A DNA stretch of 61,813 nt, counting the filler, from Chiloscyllium plagiosum (taxonomy: Eukaryota): assembly GCF_004010195.1 (NCBI RefSeq). It is 3 parts of one record of this genome, joined end to end, with 100 filler letters (N's around TTAATTAATTAA, not from the genome) between each part and the next. Parts side by side here need not be neighbours in the genome. Positions count along the whole stretch, not along the records: positions 1 to 27,141 come from NC_057713.1; 2 more parts are not named here. The stretch is one strand, 5' to 3'. The translations under genes were made by a program, and so were the position numbers. The notes under the pieces were generated by a model that worked only from the letters and a program-made list of their open reading frames with translations, was not told where the DNA came from and ran no database searches. The stretch's first letter is position 1; every line of letters starts with the position of its first letter. This document shows positions 13,250-26,500 of this stretch, in pieces.

Positions 13250-13811
13250 AGTCAGAACTGGGAAAAACTCCTCCTGTCTCTCCAAAGCCAATCCACACCC
13301 TGCAAGGCACAAGTTAGGAGTGTGATGGAATACTGTCCACTTGCCTGGATGGGTGTAGCTCTAACAAAATACAAGAAGCCCAACACTGTCCAGGAGAAAA
13401 GTAGCTTGCTTGATTTGCATTCCAACCACAACTGTCAACATCCCGCCCTTCACCATCAATGCACAGTGGCAGCAGTGCAATGCAGTAACTCAACAAGGCT
13501 CCTTTGACAGCATCTCCCAAGCTTGTGACTTTTACTATCTCCAAGAACAAGGGCACTAGGTTCATGGGATAGCCACCACCTGCATGCTTCACCTCCAAGC
13601 CATACACCATCCTGGCATGAAACTTTATCGCCATCATTCACTATCACTAGGTCAAATCCTGGAACTCTCTTCCTAAATACTGTGGTTAAACCTGTGCTTC
13701 AGTGGTTTAGGAAGGCAGTTCACCACCATCTTCATGAGGGCACTTAGGAATGAGCAATAAATGCTGACTTAGTCAGCAGTTCCCACAACCCATGAACAAT
13801 TAAAAAAAAAA
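13250..13811 (+). mobile_element. LINE 3' end (CR1/L2-group, second family)
   Basis: KAQVRSVMEYCPLAW; A-tail at 13802-13811. Confidence 0.7.
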
Positions 13812-13816
13812 GGATG

Positions 13817-14741
13817 TTTTTTTTTATTTATTTATTAGTTTTGTGGGATGTGGGCATTTATTGCCCATCTCTAGTTGCCCTGAGATGGTGGTGGTGAGTT
13901 GCCCTCTTGAACCACTGCAGTCCACCTGCTGTGGGTTGACCCAAAATGCCATTAGGGAGGGAATTCAGCAGCAACAGTGAAGGAACGGCAATGCATTTCC
14001 AAATCAGGATAGTGTGTGGCTTGAAGGGGAACTTGGTGGTGTTCCCATATATCTGCTGCCCTTGTTCTTTTGAATGGAAGTGGTTGTGGGTGCTGTGGGA
14101 GGTGCTGTCTGAGGATAGTACACACTGCTGCTACTGAGCACGGTGATGGAGAGAGAATGGATGCTTGTAGGTGCAGTGTCAATCGAGTGGGCTGCTTTGT
14201 CCTTGATAGTGTCAAGCTTCTTCAGTGTTGTTGGGGGCTGCACCCATCCAGCAAGTGGGGAGTATTCCATCACACTCCTGACTTATGCCTTGTAGATGAT
14301 GCACAGGCTTTGGGGAGTCAGGAGGTGAGTTACTTGCTGCTGTATTCCTAACTTCTGATGTTCTCTTGTAGCCACTGTGTATATGTAGTGAGTCTAGTTG
14401 AGTTTCTGATCAATCATAACTCCCATGGTGTTGATAGTGGGGGATCAGTGATGGTAATACCATTGAATGTTAAGGGGTGATGGTTAGATTGTCTCTTATT
14501 AGTGATGGCCATAGCCTGGCATTTGTGTGGTACAAATGTTACTTGCCACTTGTCAGCTCAAGCCTGGATATTGTCCACATCTTGTTGCTTTTGGAGCAAC
14601 AAAACAGTGTCTGAGGAGTTGTGAATGCTGCTGAACATTGTGCAGTCATCGGTGAAAATCTCCATTTCTGACCTTATGATGGAGTGGAGGAATTCATGCA
14701 GAGATGTCCTCGAGCTGAGATGACTGACCTCCTACAATCAC
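13817..14741 (-). mobile_element. LINE 3' end (same family), interrupted by Penelope
   Basis: MMEYSPLAG...TTLKKLDTIKDKAA; T-tail at 13817-13830. Confidence 0.7.
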
Positions 14742-17359
14742 CATCGCCGACAGAGTCGTGGCCTCCGCGGGGTCCACAGCCACCGGGAACACCGTTTCTG
14801 CATTCGCCGCAGCCACTTCCGCCCCCGGAGTTGCCGTCGCAGCATCTACTTCCGCCCCCAGTGACGTCACTTGCTTACACACCAACCATGCCGAATGTGT
14901 CTCTGCCCCCTCGCCGATCTCTGCCCCCGTGCCTAACCCCGCCCCGCGTCTAACCCCGCCCCCACTCCCAACTCCAGTCCCACACCAGGTCCTAGCTCCC
15001 AGCCCTGCCGTATTTTCACCATCCCTCCAGACCTACCCCTCTCTGAGGATGAAAGATCAATCCTCAGCAGAGGCCTCACCTTGATCCCCCTACGCTCCTG
15101 GATTAACGAATTCAACACACGGTGAGACGTCGAACAATTCTTCCGCCGCCTTCGCCTCCACGCCTACTTCTCCAACCAGGACTCCGGCCCCACCCTGTGA
15201 TGACCCCTTCTCCCGCCTCCAATACACCCCATCCACCTGGACACCCCGTGCTGGTTTCTTACCTGCCCTCGATCTCTTCATAGCCAACTGCCGCCGTGAC
15301 ATTGACCGCCTCAACCTCTCCACCCCTCTCACCCACTCGAACCTCTCACCCTCAGAACCTTCACTCCCAGGGGATCTCCCATCCACCGCCTCCAAACTCA
15401 TAGTCCCACAACCATGGGCGGCACGGTGGAACAGTGGTTAGCACTGCTGCCTCGCAGCGCCAGAGACCCGGGTTCAATTCCCGCCTCAGGCGACTCTCTG
15501 TGTGAAGTTTGCACATTCTCCCCGTGTCTATGTGGGTTTCCTCCGGGTGCTCTGGTTTCCTCCCACAATCCAAACATGTGCAGGTCAGGTGAATTGGCCA
15601 CGCTAAATTGCCCGTAGTGTTAGGTGAAGGGGTAAATGTAGGAGAATGGGTCTGGGTGGGTTACACTTAGGCGGGTCGGTGTGGACTTGTTGGGCCGAAG
15701 GGCCTGAATCTAAAAAAAAAACCCCCGCACCGCCCGTTTCTACCTCCTGACCAAAATCCACAAACCTGACTGCCCCGGCCGACCCATTGTCTCAGCCTGC
15801 TCCTGCCCCACCGAACTCATTTCTGCATACCTTGACACGGTCCTGTCCCCCTTAGTCCAAGAACTCCCCACCTATGTTCGGGACACCACCCACGCCCTCC
15901 ACCTCCTCCATGATTTTCGCTTCCCCGGCCCCCAATGCCTTATCTTCGCCATGGACATCCAGTCCCTATACACCTCCATCCCCCATCACAAAGGCCTCAA
16001 ATCCCTCCGCTTCTTCCTTTCCCGCCGAACCAACCAGTACCCTTCCACTGACAGTCTCCTTCGACTGACTGAACTGGTCCTCACTCTTAACAACTTCTCC
16101 TTCCAATCCTCCCACTCCCTCCAAACCAAAAGCGTAGCCATGGGCACCTGCATGGGCCCTAGCTATGTCTGCCTCTTCATTGGATATGTGGAACAGTCCA
16201 TCTTCCACAGCTACACTGGCACCATCCCCCACCTTTTCCTCCGCTACATTGATGACTGTATCGGTGCTACCTCGTGCTCCCACGAGGAGGTTGAACAGTT
16301 CATCCACTTTACTAACACCTTCCACCCCGACCTCAAATTTACTTGACCTCAAATTTACTCCTCCCTCCCCTTCCTAGACCTCTCTATCTCGGACGACTGA
16401 CTCAACACGGATGTATACTATAAACCGACTGACTCCCACAGCTACCTAGACTACACCTCCTCCCACCCTGCCCCTGTAAAAAAGCCATCCCATATTCCCA
16501 ATTCCTTCGCCTCCGGCGCATCTGCTCCCAGGAGGACCAATTCCAATACCGAACAACCCAGATGGCCTCCTTCTTCAAAGACCGCAATTTCCCTTCAGAC
16601 GTGGTTGACGATGCTCTCCATCGCATCTCCTCCACTCCCCGCTACTCCGCCCTTGAACTCCACCCCTCTAATCGCCACAAGGACAGAACCCCACTTGTCC
16701 TCACCTACCACCCCACCAACCTCCAGATACATCGGATCATCCTTCGTCATTTCCGCCACCTCCAAATGGACCCCACCACTAAGGATATANNNNNNNNNNN
16801 NNNNNNNNNNNNNNNNNNNNNNNNNNNNNNNNNNNNNNNNNNNNNNNNNNNNNNNNNNNNNNNNNNNNNNNNNNNNNNNNNNNNNNNNNNNNNNNNNNNN
16901 NNNNNNNNNNNNNNNNNNNNNNNNNNNNNNNNNNNNNNNNNNNNNNNNNNNNNNNNNNNNNNNNNNNNNNNNNNNNNNNNNNNNNNNNNNNNNNNNNNNN
17001 NNNNNNNNNNNNNNNNNNNNNNNNNNNNNNNNNNNNNNNNNNNNNNNNNNNNNNNNNNNNNNNNNNNNNNNNNNNNNNNNNNNNNNNNNNNNNNNNNNNC
17101 CGCCTTCTTGACCTGCAATCTTCTTCCCGACCTCTCCGCCCCCACCCCCTCTCCGGCCTATCACCCTCACCTTAACCTCCTTCCACCTATCGCATTCCCA
17201 ACGCCCCTCCCCCAAGTCCCTCCTCCCTACCTTTTTAATCTTAGCCTGCTTGGCACACCCTCCTCATTCCTGAAGAAGGGCTTATGCCCGAAACGTCGAT
17301 TCTCCTTCTCCTTGGATGCTGCCTGACCTGCTGCGCTTTTCCAGCAACACATTTTTAAA
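14742..17359 (+). mobile_element. Penelope-like element, 5'-truncated, with 13-bp target-site duplication
   Basis: RT motifs MDIQSLYTSI, AMGTCMGPSY, FLRYIDD; pLTR with hammerhead core at 17270-17297; CTCCTACAATCAC at 14729-14741 and 17360-17372. Confidence 0.9.
15415..15720 (+). mobile_element. HE1/V-SINE, near full length, nested in Penelope
   Basis: A box TGGAACAGTGG, B box GGTTCAATTCC, V-domain, CR1-derived tail, A-run. Confidence 0.88.
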
Positions 17360-20300
17360 CTCCTACAATCACGACCATCTTCCTATGTGTCTAACCACCT
17401 CAACTGAAGGTCAGATTTGTTAGAAGTTTTGAACACCTTATGTACCTCTTCACAATGACCTTGCCTTAGCTCATTTGCTTTTGAAACCCTCATTCTTGCC
17501 TTTGTTCCCACTAGGCGTCACTATTCCAAATACCTCTGGTTAGCCTTTCGTACTCATCTTCTATAAACCTGACCTCACCCAAAACTCTGTGCTCTGTGTC
17601 CTTACACACAACAAGTCTTGACCTTCCCAGTTCTTGCTGACTGACATTGGAACCTAGTTAACCAACTCCTAATTTTAAAATTTCTCCATGACCTCAGCAC
17701 ACACCTCATCATATAACATTGACAAGGTAGATCTAGACAGATTGCTTCTCTTATGGAAGTGTCAAGGACAAGAGTTCACAATGGTTTGCCCATTAAAGAA
17801 AGAGATGGGGAATAATTCTTTTCTCAGATAGTAAAGAATCTGTGGATTTTTTTTACCACAGAGGGCTGTTGATGTTGCGTGTTAAACATATTTGAGGAGT
17901 TGAGGATTATTGGATCAACCATGATCTCGTTGAATGGCAGAGCAAACTCATTGATGCAATTTGTCTATTTTTACTCCTACATTTTATTATGTTAACATCC
18001 CTATCCATCTTTGTCATCACTTTCAACTGTACAACTCTCTGACATATCCATTATCTACGTTTGGTCTTTTGAGCATCTCCAACTTTGCTATACCTTATGC
18101 TGCTGAGGTCCTAATATCTGCAATTCTCTTCCAAAACCTCCATGACTCTTATTCCTCCTCTAAGTCAAACCTTAAAACCTATCTTTTTGACTAAAGTTTG
18201 ACATCTGCTCTAATATCATCGTTGTGGCTTGATGTTAAATCTTGCATTACATTGTTTCTGTGGAGTACCTCGAGATGTTTTATTCATATTTAAATGCATT
18301 TTGCTGTTGGTGGACTGCGTCCTTTTAGATCCCATTGGATGCTCCTGAAAGTGAAATCATTGTTTCAAAATTACAGAGTGCTGCTCGCTCCAAATAAGGA
18401 TATGGAATGCTAGTGGCTAGGGCTGTCAGTGGATACTTACTGTTTCCCCAAGCAGCAACTGGAATTGCTGCCACTGCTGAATTTTAAAGACATATCTTGC
18501 ACCAAATCAGCATAGTACTTTCAGTTGACATGGGAGCTGAGATGTTTCACTGTCCATCAGGACAAAAATGAACTGACCTCTTGAATTAAGTTGGTAGTCA
18601 ACTCCACTCCTCATCAAAAAGTGACTGGGGTTTTTTCAAGGCGTCTTCGTACAACATTGTCACATGATAGCATAAAAAGGGGTATGGAAATATTATCCAC
18701 CATCATCCAAAGCAAGTACATTTTTACATCGTGAGATTATGCAATTAATGAGCTAGGATGAGACAGGCCAAATTTGTTTCTCCTACTTGGAGGGATTTAC
18801 TTAGAATCAGCAAAGAGAGAGCAGCCTTTTCCTCAAACACAATTTGTGGCTGGATTCAGATCCAACTCTGGGGTGAAATAAAAGTGTAGTAATATACTGC
18901 ATGACCAAGCTCTCATTTAAAATACTCTGCCCTTTGGCAATGGTGTCTGTTGGAATACACAGCAGGATATCACATATGGCACAGTCGGGTTGCTGAGACT
19001 CAGCTTTTCTTTCACGGTAAGCTCATATATTTGATGACATTTGCAGCGCAGCAATGAAGTTACTAAGCACACATCTATTTTGTCATTACACCTTGAATAT
19101 CTTACCTAATATTTAGTGGAAATGAAAACATGGAATTATTTTGAATGAACTGCAACAGAAAGATTCAGATGGTAATGTCCTCTCTTAGGACCTTGCAATA
19201 GTTTGGTAATACTTCAGAAGTAAACCCTTTTCTTTCGTTAATGTTCAGGTTGGGTTGAATTAGGGGCCAGACTTTGGGTGTCAAAATAGCATGAAGGCAT
19301 GCAGCATAATTCATGCATAGATAGTACAGCGATTCCACTGAAGGGCAGATGTATGTAATTTGCAAAATTACAACATTGCTGTGCATCTGAGGTTTTCTGT
19401 TATTCTGTTAAGTTCAAGCATCAGCATCTGACTCTGCCTCACATTAAAGAGTCAGACCATTTTACATTTAACTACTTTCTACCTAAATGATGCGTTAATT
19501 ACTGCCAATGTATCCCTTTGGCAATGAAATTATGAATGTGCTGTTACATTCTTTCATGTTTTAATTGCTTTTAAAGATTTAATTGTGAAATATCCTACAT
19601 TTGAATTTTTAAACTTTTCCTTTTTGTCTCTTTATTTCTCCTTTAAATCAGTATCTATCTTTTTTGTACCTGGTTTTACACTAGATTCACAATTTGAAAT
19701 GACACTTCCTCCTCAGTTGTTACAGTTGTAATTTCACAACTCTGCAATCTGATTGGTGAAGAAGATACAGAGTTGTTTGCTCTATTCACATGGATCCCCA
19801 GATGCCCACTTCCCCTTACTGCAGTGTAGTCATCGACACTATCAGCAATTTGTCCTAAAAAATGTAAAATTTCAATGTTCAGGGCTAGTCTCACCAATGT
19901 TATGAGCAGCTACAGCAAATTATTAATTATTAATTGCAACTGGAAAATGAATGAAAAATGTTATATAGCAAATATTTATTAAAAAGATGTGGCAGTAATT
20001 AGTAACAAGCAGATTTTGCTGTTTTTCACAGTAAAGTTTTCTGGGACAGATTGTTTTACTATTCCACTCTAGTTTTATTCATTCTTTATGCTCAGCTATC
20101 TGTCAAGTTAATTCACTCATCTGCAATATCATTAACAACATCCATTTAACTGAAGCTTGATTCCTTGGCTAAACTGTAACTGTACACCGTTTGGCTGCTT
20201 AACTCTTTCACAGAGAACAAGAATTTACCTGGGCACTCAGCTCTAGACCTTACTGCAATGTCATTACAAACAGGCAAAGGAATTAATAAAATCCAGAGGT

Positions 20301-20839
20301 TAGGTGAGGGTGAGCGTGACTGCCCTTTTCATAAAGACAGCATTTAACTGAGTGCGGCACTAACGAGTTCAGGCACGAGCAAGGGGTTTGTAGTTGTTGT
20401 GAGGTATAGCAGCCTCAGAACATCACTGCAACTTGGATGACCTTGCCTCCAACATAATGGCAGAAGTGAGAATGTTCATTAATAATTTAAGTACTCAGCA
20501 CCATTGGTAACTCCATAGAACTGAAGAGGTCTATGCTCTTAAGCATCAAAACTTGGACAACATCACAATTTGGGCTACTGTAGCAAGTTATATTTGAGCC
20601 ACATGTGCCTGCAATGACTATCTCCAATAAGAGACATTCTAACCATTTTCTCTTGACATTTGATTGCACTATTTTGGGGGTTAGGGGGCACTAACATTGA
20701 ACAGAAACCTTACAGGAGCAGCCATATGAATGCAGTAATGACAAAAGCAAATCAGAGGCTGGTAATTTGTTGATAAATAATTCAGGACCTGACTCCCCAT
20801 AGACTTTCCAGCATCTAAAGGACACAAATCGTACACAGA

Positions 20840-21100
20840 ATCATACAATCCCTACAGTGTGGAAACAGGCCATTCCACACAGACCCTCCGAAGAGCATCA
20901 CACCCCCACCCACCCCATATTTACTATGGCCAATTCACCTAACCTGCACCTTCTTGGGAGGAAACCGGAGCATCAAGAGGAAATCCAAGCAGACATGGGG
21001 AAGAACGGCCAAACTCCACACAGTTACCCTGAAGTGAGAATCAAACCTGGGTCCCTGGTGCTATGTGGCAGCAGTCTAACCACGATGCCAGTGTGCCACT
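20840..21100 (-). mobile_element. Diverged HE1/V-SINE
   Basis: Similar to the reverse complement of 15415-15720. Confidence 0.65.
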
Positions 21101-22179
21101 CTGTTACATGTGATGGAATAATTCCTTCTTGCCTGAATGAGTGCAGCTCCAACATCATTCAAGCGTCTGAACAGCTCATTTGATCTGCACCATGTGCATT
21201 ATCTTACACACTGAATTTTTTCACCACTGGCACACGGTTGTAGCAGTGTGTCCACTGCCTCTTTTACAGCATTTTCCAAAAACACAATTACTACCACCTG
21301 GAAAGACAAGGACGGCATCTGCAAGATCCCCTCCAAGGCAGCTTTGTAATTATTCCTTCCCTATATACTTCCCTTCCATACAACACATGGACTGCTTGTT
21401 CATCATCACTTTTTAAATGATAGCCTCATGAACCAGATCCATTTCCCAAGAGCAATTAAAAAAAAGTTTTGATTTTCACGTCTCAATGTTAGAATATTCT
21501 TTAAAGATCAGGATGAGATCAACGAATAAGACATTACATTAAATATAGAGCTTTGGGAAATATAGCTTATGAAGATATCAATATCATGTTGAACATTCGA
21601 GGGCACAAATGGTGCTCTATATATTCACACATCTTTGACACACGCTTTGTCTTAAACAATACTTGAAGTGGCTGCAGTTTATAATTAAGCTAATATTTGT
21701 CTTCTTGTTTGACAGTGCCTTGAGATCGAGGATAATTTGCTTCCACGGGATTGGAGGTGGTTGATAAGTCCAATGATATATTCAGTAGACTTTGCCACTC
21801 AAAGTGCAGGAGGTGCATGTTTTACAATTATTCAATCATCCATTTGTATCCCGTCAATGCAATAAAACGGGAAGTATGTGTGTCAAACTGGAACTGCAAG
21901 GGAAGGAAAATTGCTTTCAAAACAATGTATGCTCATAAAATGTTTGGGGAAGAGTTATGAAGATGTGGGTGTACTGTACCTTCAAGAAAGTTAAAAGCTA
22001 GTAGAACTACCTGACATCATCAAGTGTTCTCAGCGAGATACACTGTAGCTTGTGGTCCAGCAGTTAAGGTAGCTGGTTGCCTGGAGACAAAAACAAACTC
22101 AAATTAGGACAATCCTGAAACAGAAATCCTAAGAAGAAGAAAAGAAGACAGAGTAAGATATGAAGAGACGACGGGATCT

Positions 22180-22190
22180 AAGATGGCGGC
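22180..22190 (+). promoter_or_regulatory. YY1 consensus site at L1 5' end
   Basis: AAGATGGCGGC about 175 bp upstream of the ORF1 ATG (22355). Confidence 0.6.
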
Positions 22191-22354
22191 GATCTGAGAA
22201 GATCACACTGCAGAGCTTCGCATCACAGCAGGAGCAGGACGGTCCTTTAACCCGCCCAACCCAGGTCATCAGGATTTCTTGGGGCGTTGGAAAGATTGTG
22301 GAGCCTCAAGAAACATTAAAAAATTGACTTACCTGTATTTTCAGCTGTGCAGAA

Positions 22355-23131
22355 ATGCCTAAAAAGGAAGGAGGAGCATCAGAGGCCGGGCTTGCAGCTC
22401 AGCCTGCAGCAGCCTCGGAGCTGATTACTCTCCAGGACCTGGTGAACCAGCTCTCGAAATCAGATTGAAGAGAAGCTGGCTCCAGTCTCTCTCATGCTGC
22501 AGAAGCATGACCTGCAGCTGGGAGACCTGGAGAAGAGGACGGATGAGGTGGAGCACATGGTCACAGTGGTGGAAGCTGATGCCAGTTCATTCAAGGAAGA
22601 GATCCAAGCCCTGAAGACGCAGGTTCATAATTTGCGTGGCCAAGTGGATGATCTTGAAAACAGGGGCAGGAGAAAAAACATTCGGATCATCAGTCCGCCT
22701 GAGGGTAAGGAAGGTGAGCAGCCTGTGGAATTTGTTGAAGATTGGCTTCCGAAATTCCTTGACTTGGAGACTGGCATGAGAGGATTGAATATAGAGAGGG
22801 CTCACCGGGTCGTAGCGCAGAGGTCAGGTCTGGATCAATGTCCTCGTCCTTTCCTGGTGCGGTTCCATCATTACCGGGATAAGGAGAGAGTCCAGGGGAA
22901 GGATCCAAAGGCCTAATTTACGAGGGGTCTATGATCATGTTTTTTCAAGATTTTTCAGCGGCAGTGATCCAGATACGAAAATCATATGATGGTGTCAAGA
23001 GAAGACTGAAGGAGCTTGGGATTCAGTACTCCCTGAGATATCCGGCAGTGCTTCGGATCACCTTAGATGGATCCATGCATCTCTTTGACACATCGGAGAA
23101 GGCAAGAGACTTTGTGGACAAACTAACCTAA
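22355..23131 (+). pseudogene. L1 ORF1 (coiled coil, RRM, CTD), frameshifted
   Basis: DDLENRGRRKNIRII.PPEG, IERAHRV, FFQDFS, LRYPAVLRI. Confidence 0.88.
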
Positions 23132-23544
23132 TTTAAACAATTGTAATATGTATAAATATTGTTGCTTGGGTATGCATTTATTATTATGTAAAAGAAATGG
23201 AGGAAATCTGTTTGGAGCTTTGTTTTTCCCCTTTTTCCCCCCTCTATTGGTAATAATTTGGTTCAAACTATGTCTGGCAGTGGTTAAGATGTACATTTTA
23301 AATTTCAAGTTAGGACATATCAAAGGATGGGTGGGGTATTTATTCCCTTTTTTTTTATAAAATATTTTTTTTTATTCATATTGATATTCTATGGGGATTT
23401 TATTATTTTTAGCTTGTGCTTGCGATGCAGCTCTAGCTGGGAGAAGTGAAGGTGGTTGAGATGGTTAGATGCCTATTTATGGGCAATTTGGGACGGGTAG
23501 TTGCCCATTCCGGTCAGGGGGTGAGTTCCCCTACTCAGTGCTAT

Positions 23545-26500
23545 TGGCGCGATAATGATTTGATTAAATGGTGTACCTGGAATATCAAGGGAAGTCACTC
23601 ACCAATTAAGAGGAAGAAGGTACTCTTGAGTCTTAGAAAGGAGGTGAATATTGCTTTGTTACAGGAGACACATTTGGATGACAAGGAGCATCTGAAATTA
23701 CAGCAGAGTGGCTTTGACTGAGTTTATTTTTCATCATTTAATACCAGAAGTAGGGGAGTGGCTATATTGGTTAGGAAAAATCTCTCATTTAAATTGTTGG
23801 AATGTATTAAAGACACATATGGGAGGTTTGTAGTTCTTAAAGCCTTGATAAATGAGGAAGAATGTGGCATTTTAAATGTTTATTGTCCCCCAGCTCATCT
23901 TCTTAAATTCTTGATAGATGCTTTTTCTAAACTGATAAGTCTCAAGTCTCGGCACATCATTATAGGGGGAGATTTCAACTGCCTCATGGACCCCACTGTA
24001 GACAGGTTGCCTAAAGGTCCCTCAATACCCTCTGCACAAACTAAACAGTTATTGGGTTCGTGGGGAATTAGGGTTGGTGGACGTCTGGAGGTGTCTCCAC
24101 CCTACAGGTAGGGATTTCACGTTTTTCTCCAATCCGCATAGATGTCACATGAGGATTGATTTTTTTCTGACCCCTGCGGTAACCCTGGATTTGATGGCAT
24201 CCTGTACGATTGGTAATATTGCCATCTCTGATCATGCTCCAGTATACCTCATGGCTCAGATTAAGGATGTTACAGTGGATTCAAGGTCCTGGCGAATGGA
24301 TCCCTTTATTCTCATGGACAGTAAGTTCGTGGAGTATTTCTCTAGGGAATTTCAGGCATTCCTAGACATCAACATAGGCTCAGTTGATAGCTCATCTGTT
24401 CTCTGGGAAACTGCCAAAGCTTATGCCAGGCGGTTAGTTATTTCATATTCCACCAGTAGGAAGCGGCAGAAGGATGAGCAGCAACGTTTCCTTGAAGCAC
24501 GGTTGAAGGCAGCCGAGAAGGCCTATTTTGACAGACCCTCGTTGGTCAAACTACAGAGAATTACGGCACTGCGGTCTGCACTAAATTCTGTGCTCACGCA
24601 GACGGCAAAGAAGGAGCTGGCTTTTGCAAAGCAAAGGTTATACTAGCATGGTGACAAGCTAGGCAAATACTTAGCATACCTTGCCAGAAAGAGAAGTGCT
24701 CCCAAACCAATTCAGCGATTAAGGAAGGGTCTGGGAACCTAACATGTGATTCTAAAAAGATTAGTGTGGTGTTCCAGAGATTCTACTCTAAGTTATATCA
24801 GTCTGAGAATTGTGAGGAGGGGCAGGCCAAAACGGAATCCTTTTTTAGCGATCTGAAGCTCCCGGGTGTGACTCCTGAACAACAGTCCTTTCTCAATGCC
24901 CCATTATCAGAGCAAGAAGTCCAGGAAGCTGTGAGGCAGTTTCAGAGTGGAAAGGTGCCCTGTCCTGATGGACTTCCCAGTGAATTCTATAAAGAATTTA
25001 TAAGTATATTGTCAGGCCCTATGCTGAATATGTTTAATGATTCATACAGTCATGTTTGTCTCCCACCATCTCTGAGAGAGGCCAATATTTCACTTATCCT
25101 TAAAAAAGGGAAGGATCCGGAAGACTGTGCTTCATACAGGCCCATCTCGCTCTTGAATGTGGACTTTAAGATCCTCTCTAAAGCTCTTGCATTAAGGCTG
25201 GAGACTGTGTTACCATTTATTATTAAAGAGGATCAGACTGGCTTCATAAAGGGTCGCAGATCCTCCAAAAATGTTAGGAGGCTGCTTAACGTAATTCAAG
25301 CATGCCAACAGCAGTCAATACAGGGATTGGTGATTTCTTTAGATGCAGAGAAGGCATTTGACCGAGTTGAGTGGCCGTACCATTACTTTTTATGTTGGTG
25401 ATTGAACCATTGGCAGAGGCCATTCGTGGGGATCTCAATATATCAGCTCCAGAAGTGGGGTCAAAATTACATAAGATTTCGCTGTATGCAGACGATGTTC
25501 TAATTTACTTGACAAATCCAGCAGTTTCTGTGCCTTGCCTGATACAATGCATTCACGCGTTTGGGGCTTTTTCAGGGTATAAGATTAATTTTGCTAAATC
25601 AGACGCTATGCCTATGGGTGGTCTTACGAAAGAGTTGGCTCTTGAGAGTGACTATAGATTCCCATTTAGGTGGTCACAGGGGGGTTTTGTGGATTTGGGC
25701 ATATTCATTACTCCAGTTCTGGATTGGCTGTTCAAAGCTAATTTTACTCAATTATTTGAAAAAATTAACCAAGATCCCCAAAGAAGGGAGGCACTTCCAG
25801 TCTCATGGTTGGGTCAGATAGTGCTTATTAAGATAAATATTCTCCCTCGTTTGCTATACCCTATATGGATGCTCCCCCTGATTTTCAATAAACAAACACC
25901 CAGGAGACTGAGGGTTGGTTCAGCTCCTTTATCTGGCCTCTCATTAAATTAGCCAAACTGCAGTTGCCTCACAGACTGGGAGGAGTAGATCTTCTGGACA
26001 TTAAGAATGACCAATTAAGCTCGGTTTTGATCTACGTGAGTGATTGGGTTTGTGGGGACCCTCTTTCAATATGGCTAGATATCGAAGCCTCCCAGGCAAG
26101 GTGCCCCCTTACCAGTTTGCTGGTTTTGGACAAGGTGAGGACAGTTAGGGAATATTGCCATAACCCAATAGTCATCAATACTGTTAAAGCATGGAGGGCA
26201 ATTTGGCAGAGGGAAGGTAATATTGGCAAAACACCTTTGTTTACACCTTTAGTTTGTATGCTGGGTTTTTAACCGGGTATGATAGATTCAGGATTTAAAC
26301 ATTAGGCAGCTAGGGGTAAATCTTGCATGGGTGATTTATTTGAGGGAGATGTAATGATGTCCTTCGATCAGTTAGTGCAGAAGGACGAGTTACCTAATAG
26401 AGACATATTTCGTTTTTTTCAAGTTAGGGATTTTATATAAAAAAACACACTTTTGACTGATCCCTACAAATCTGACATAGAAAGAGGGGTACTAAGGGCT

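Noticed and set aside
15415..15490. tRNA gene-like A and B boxes (also 31367, 32935, 50963)
   Set aside because: They continue into SINE bodies and lack a full cloverleaf
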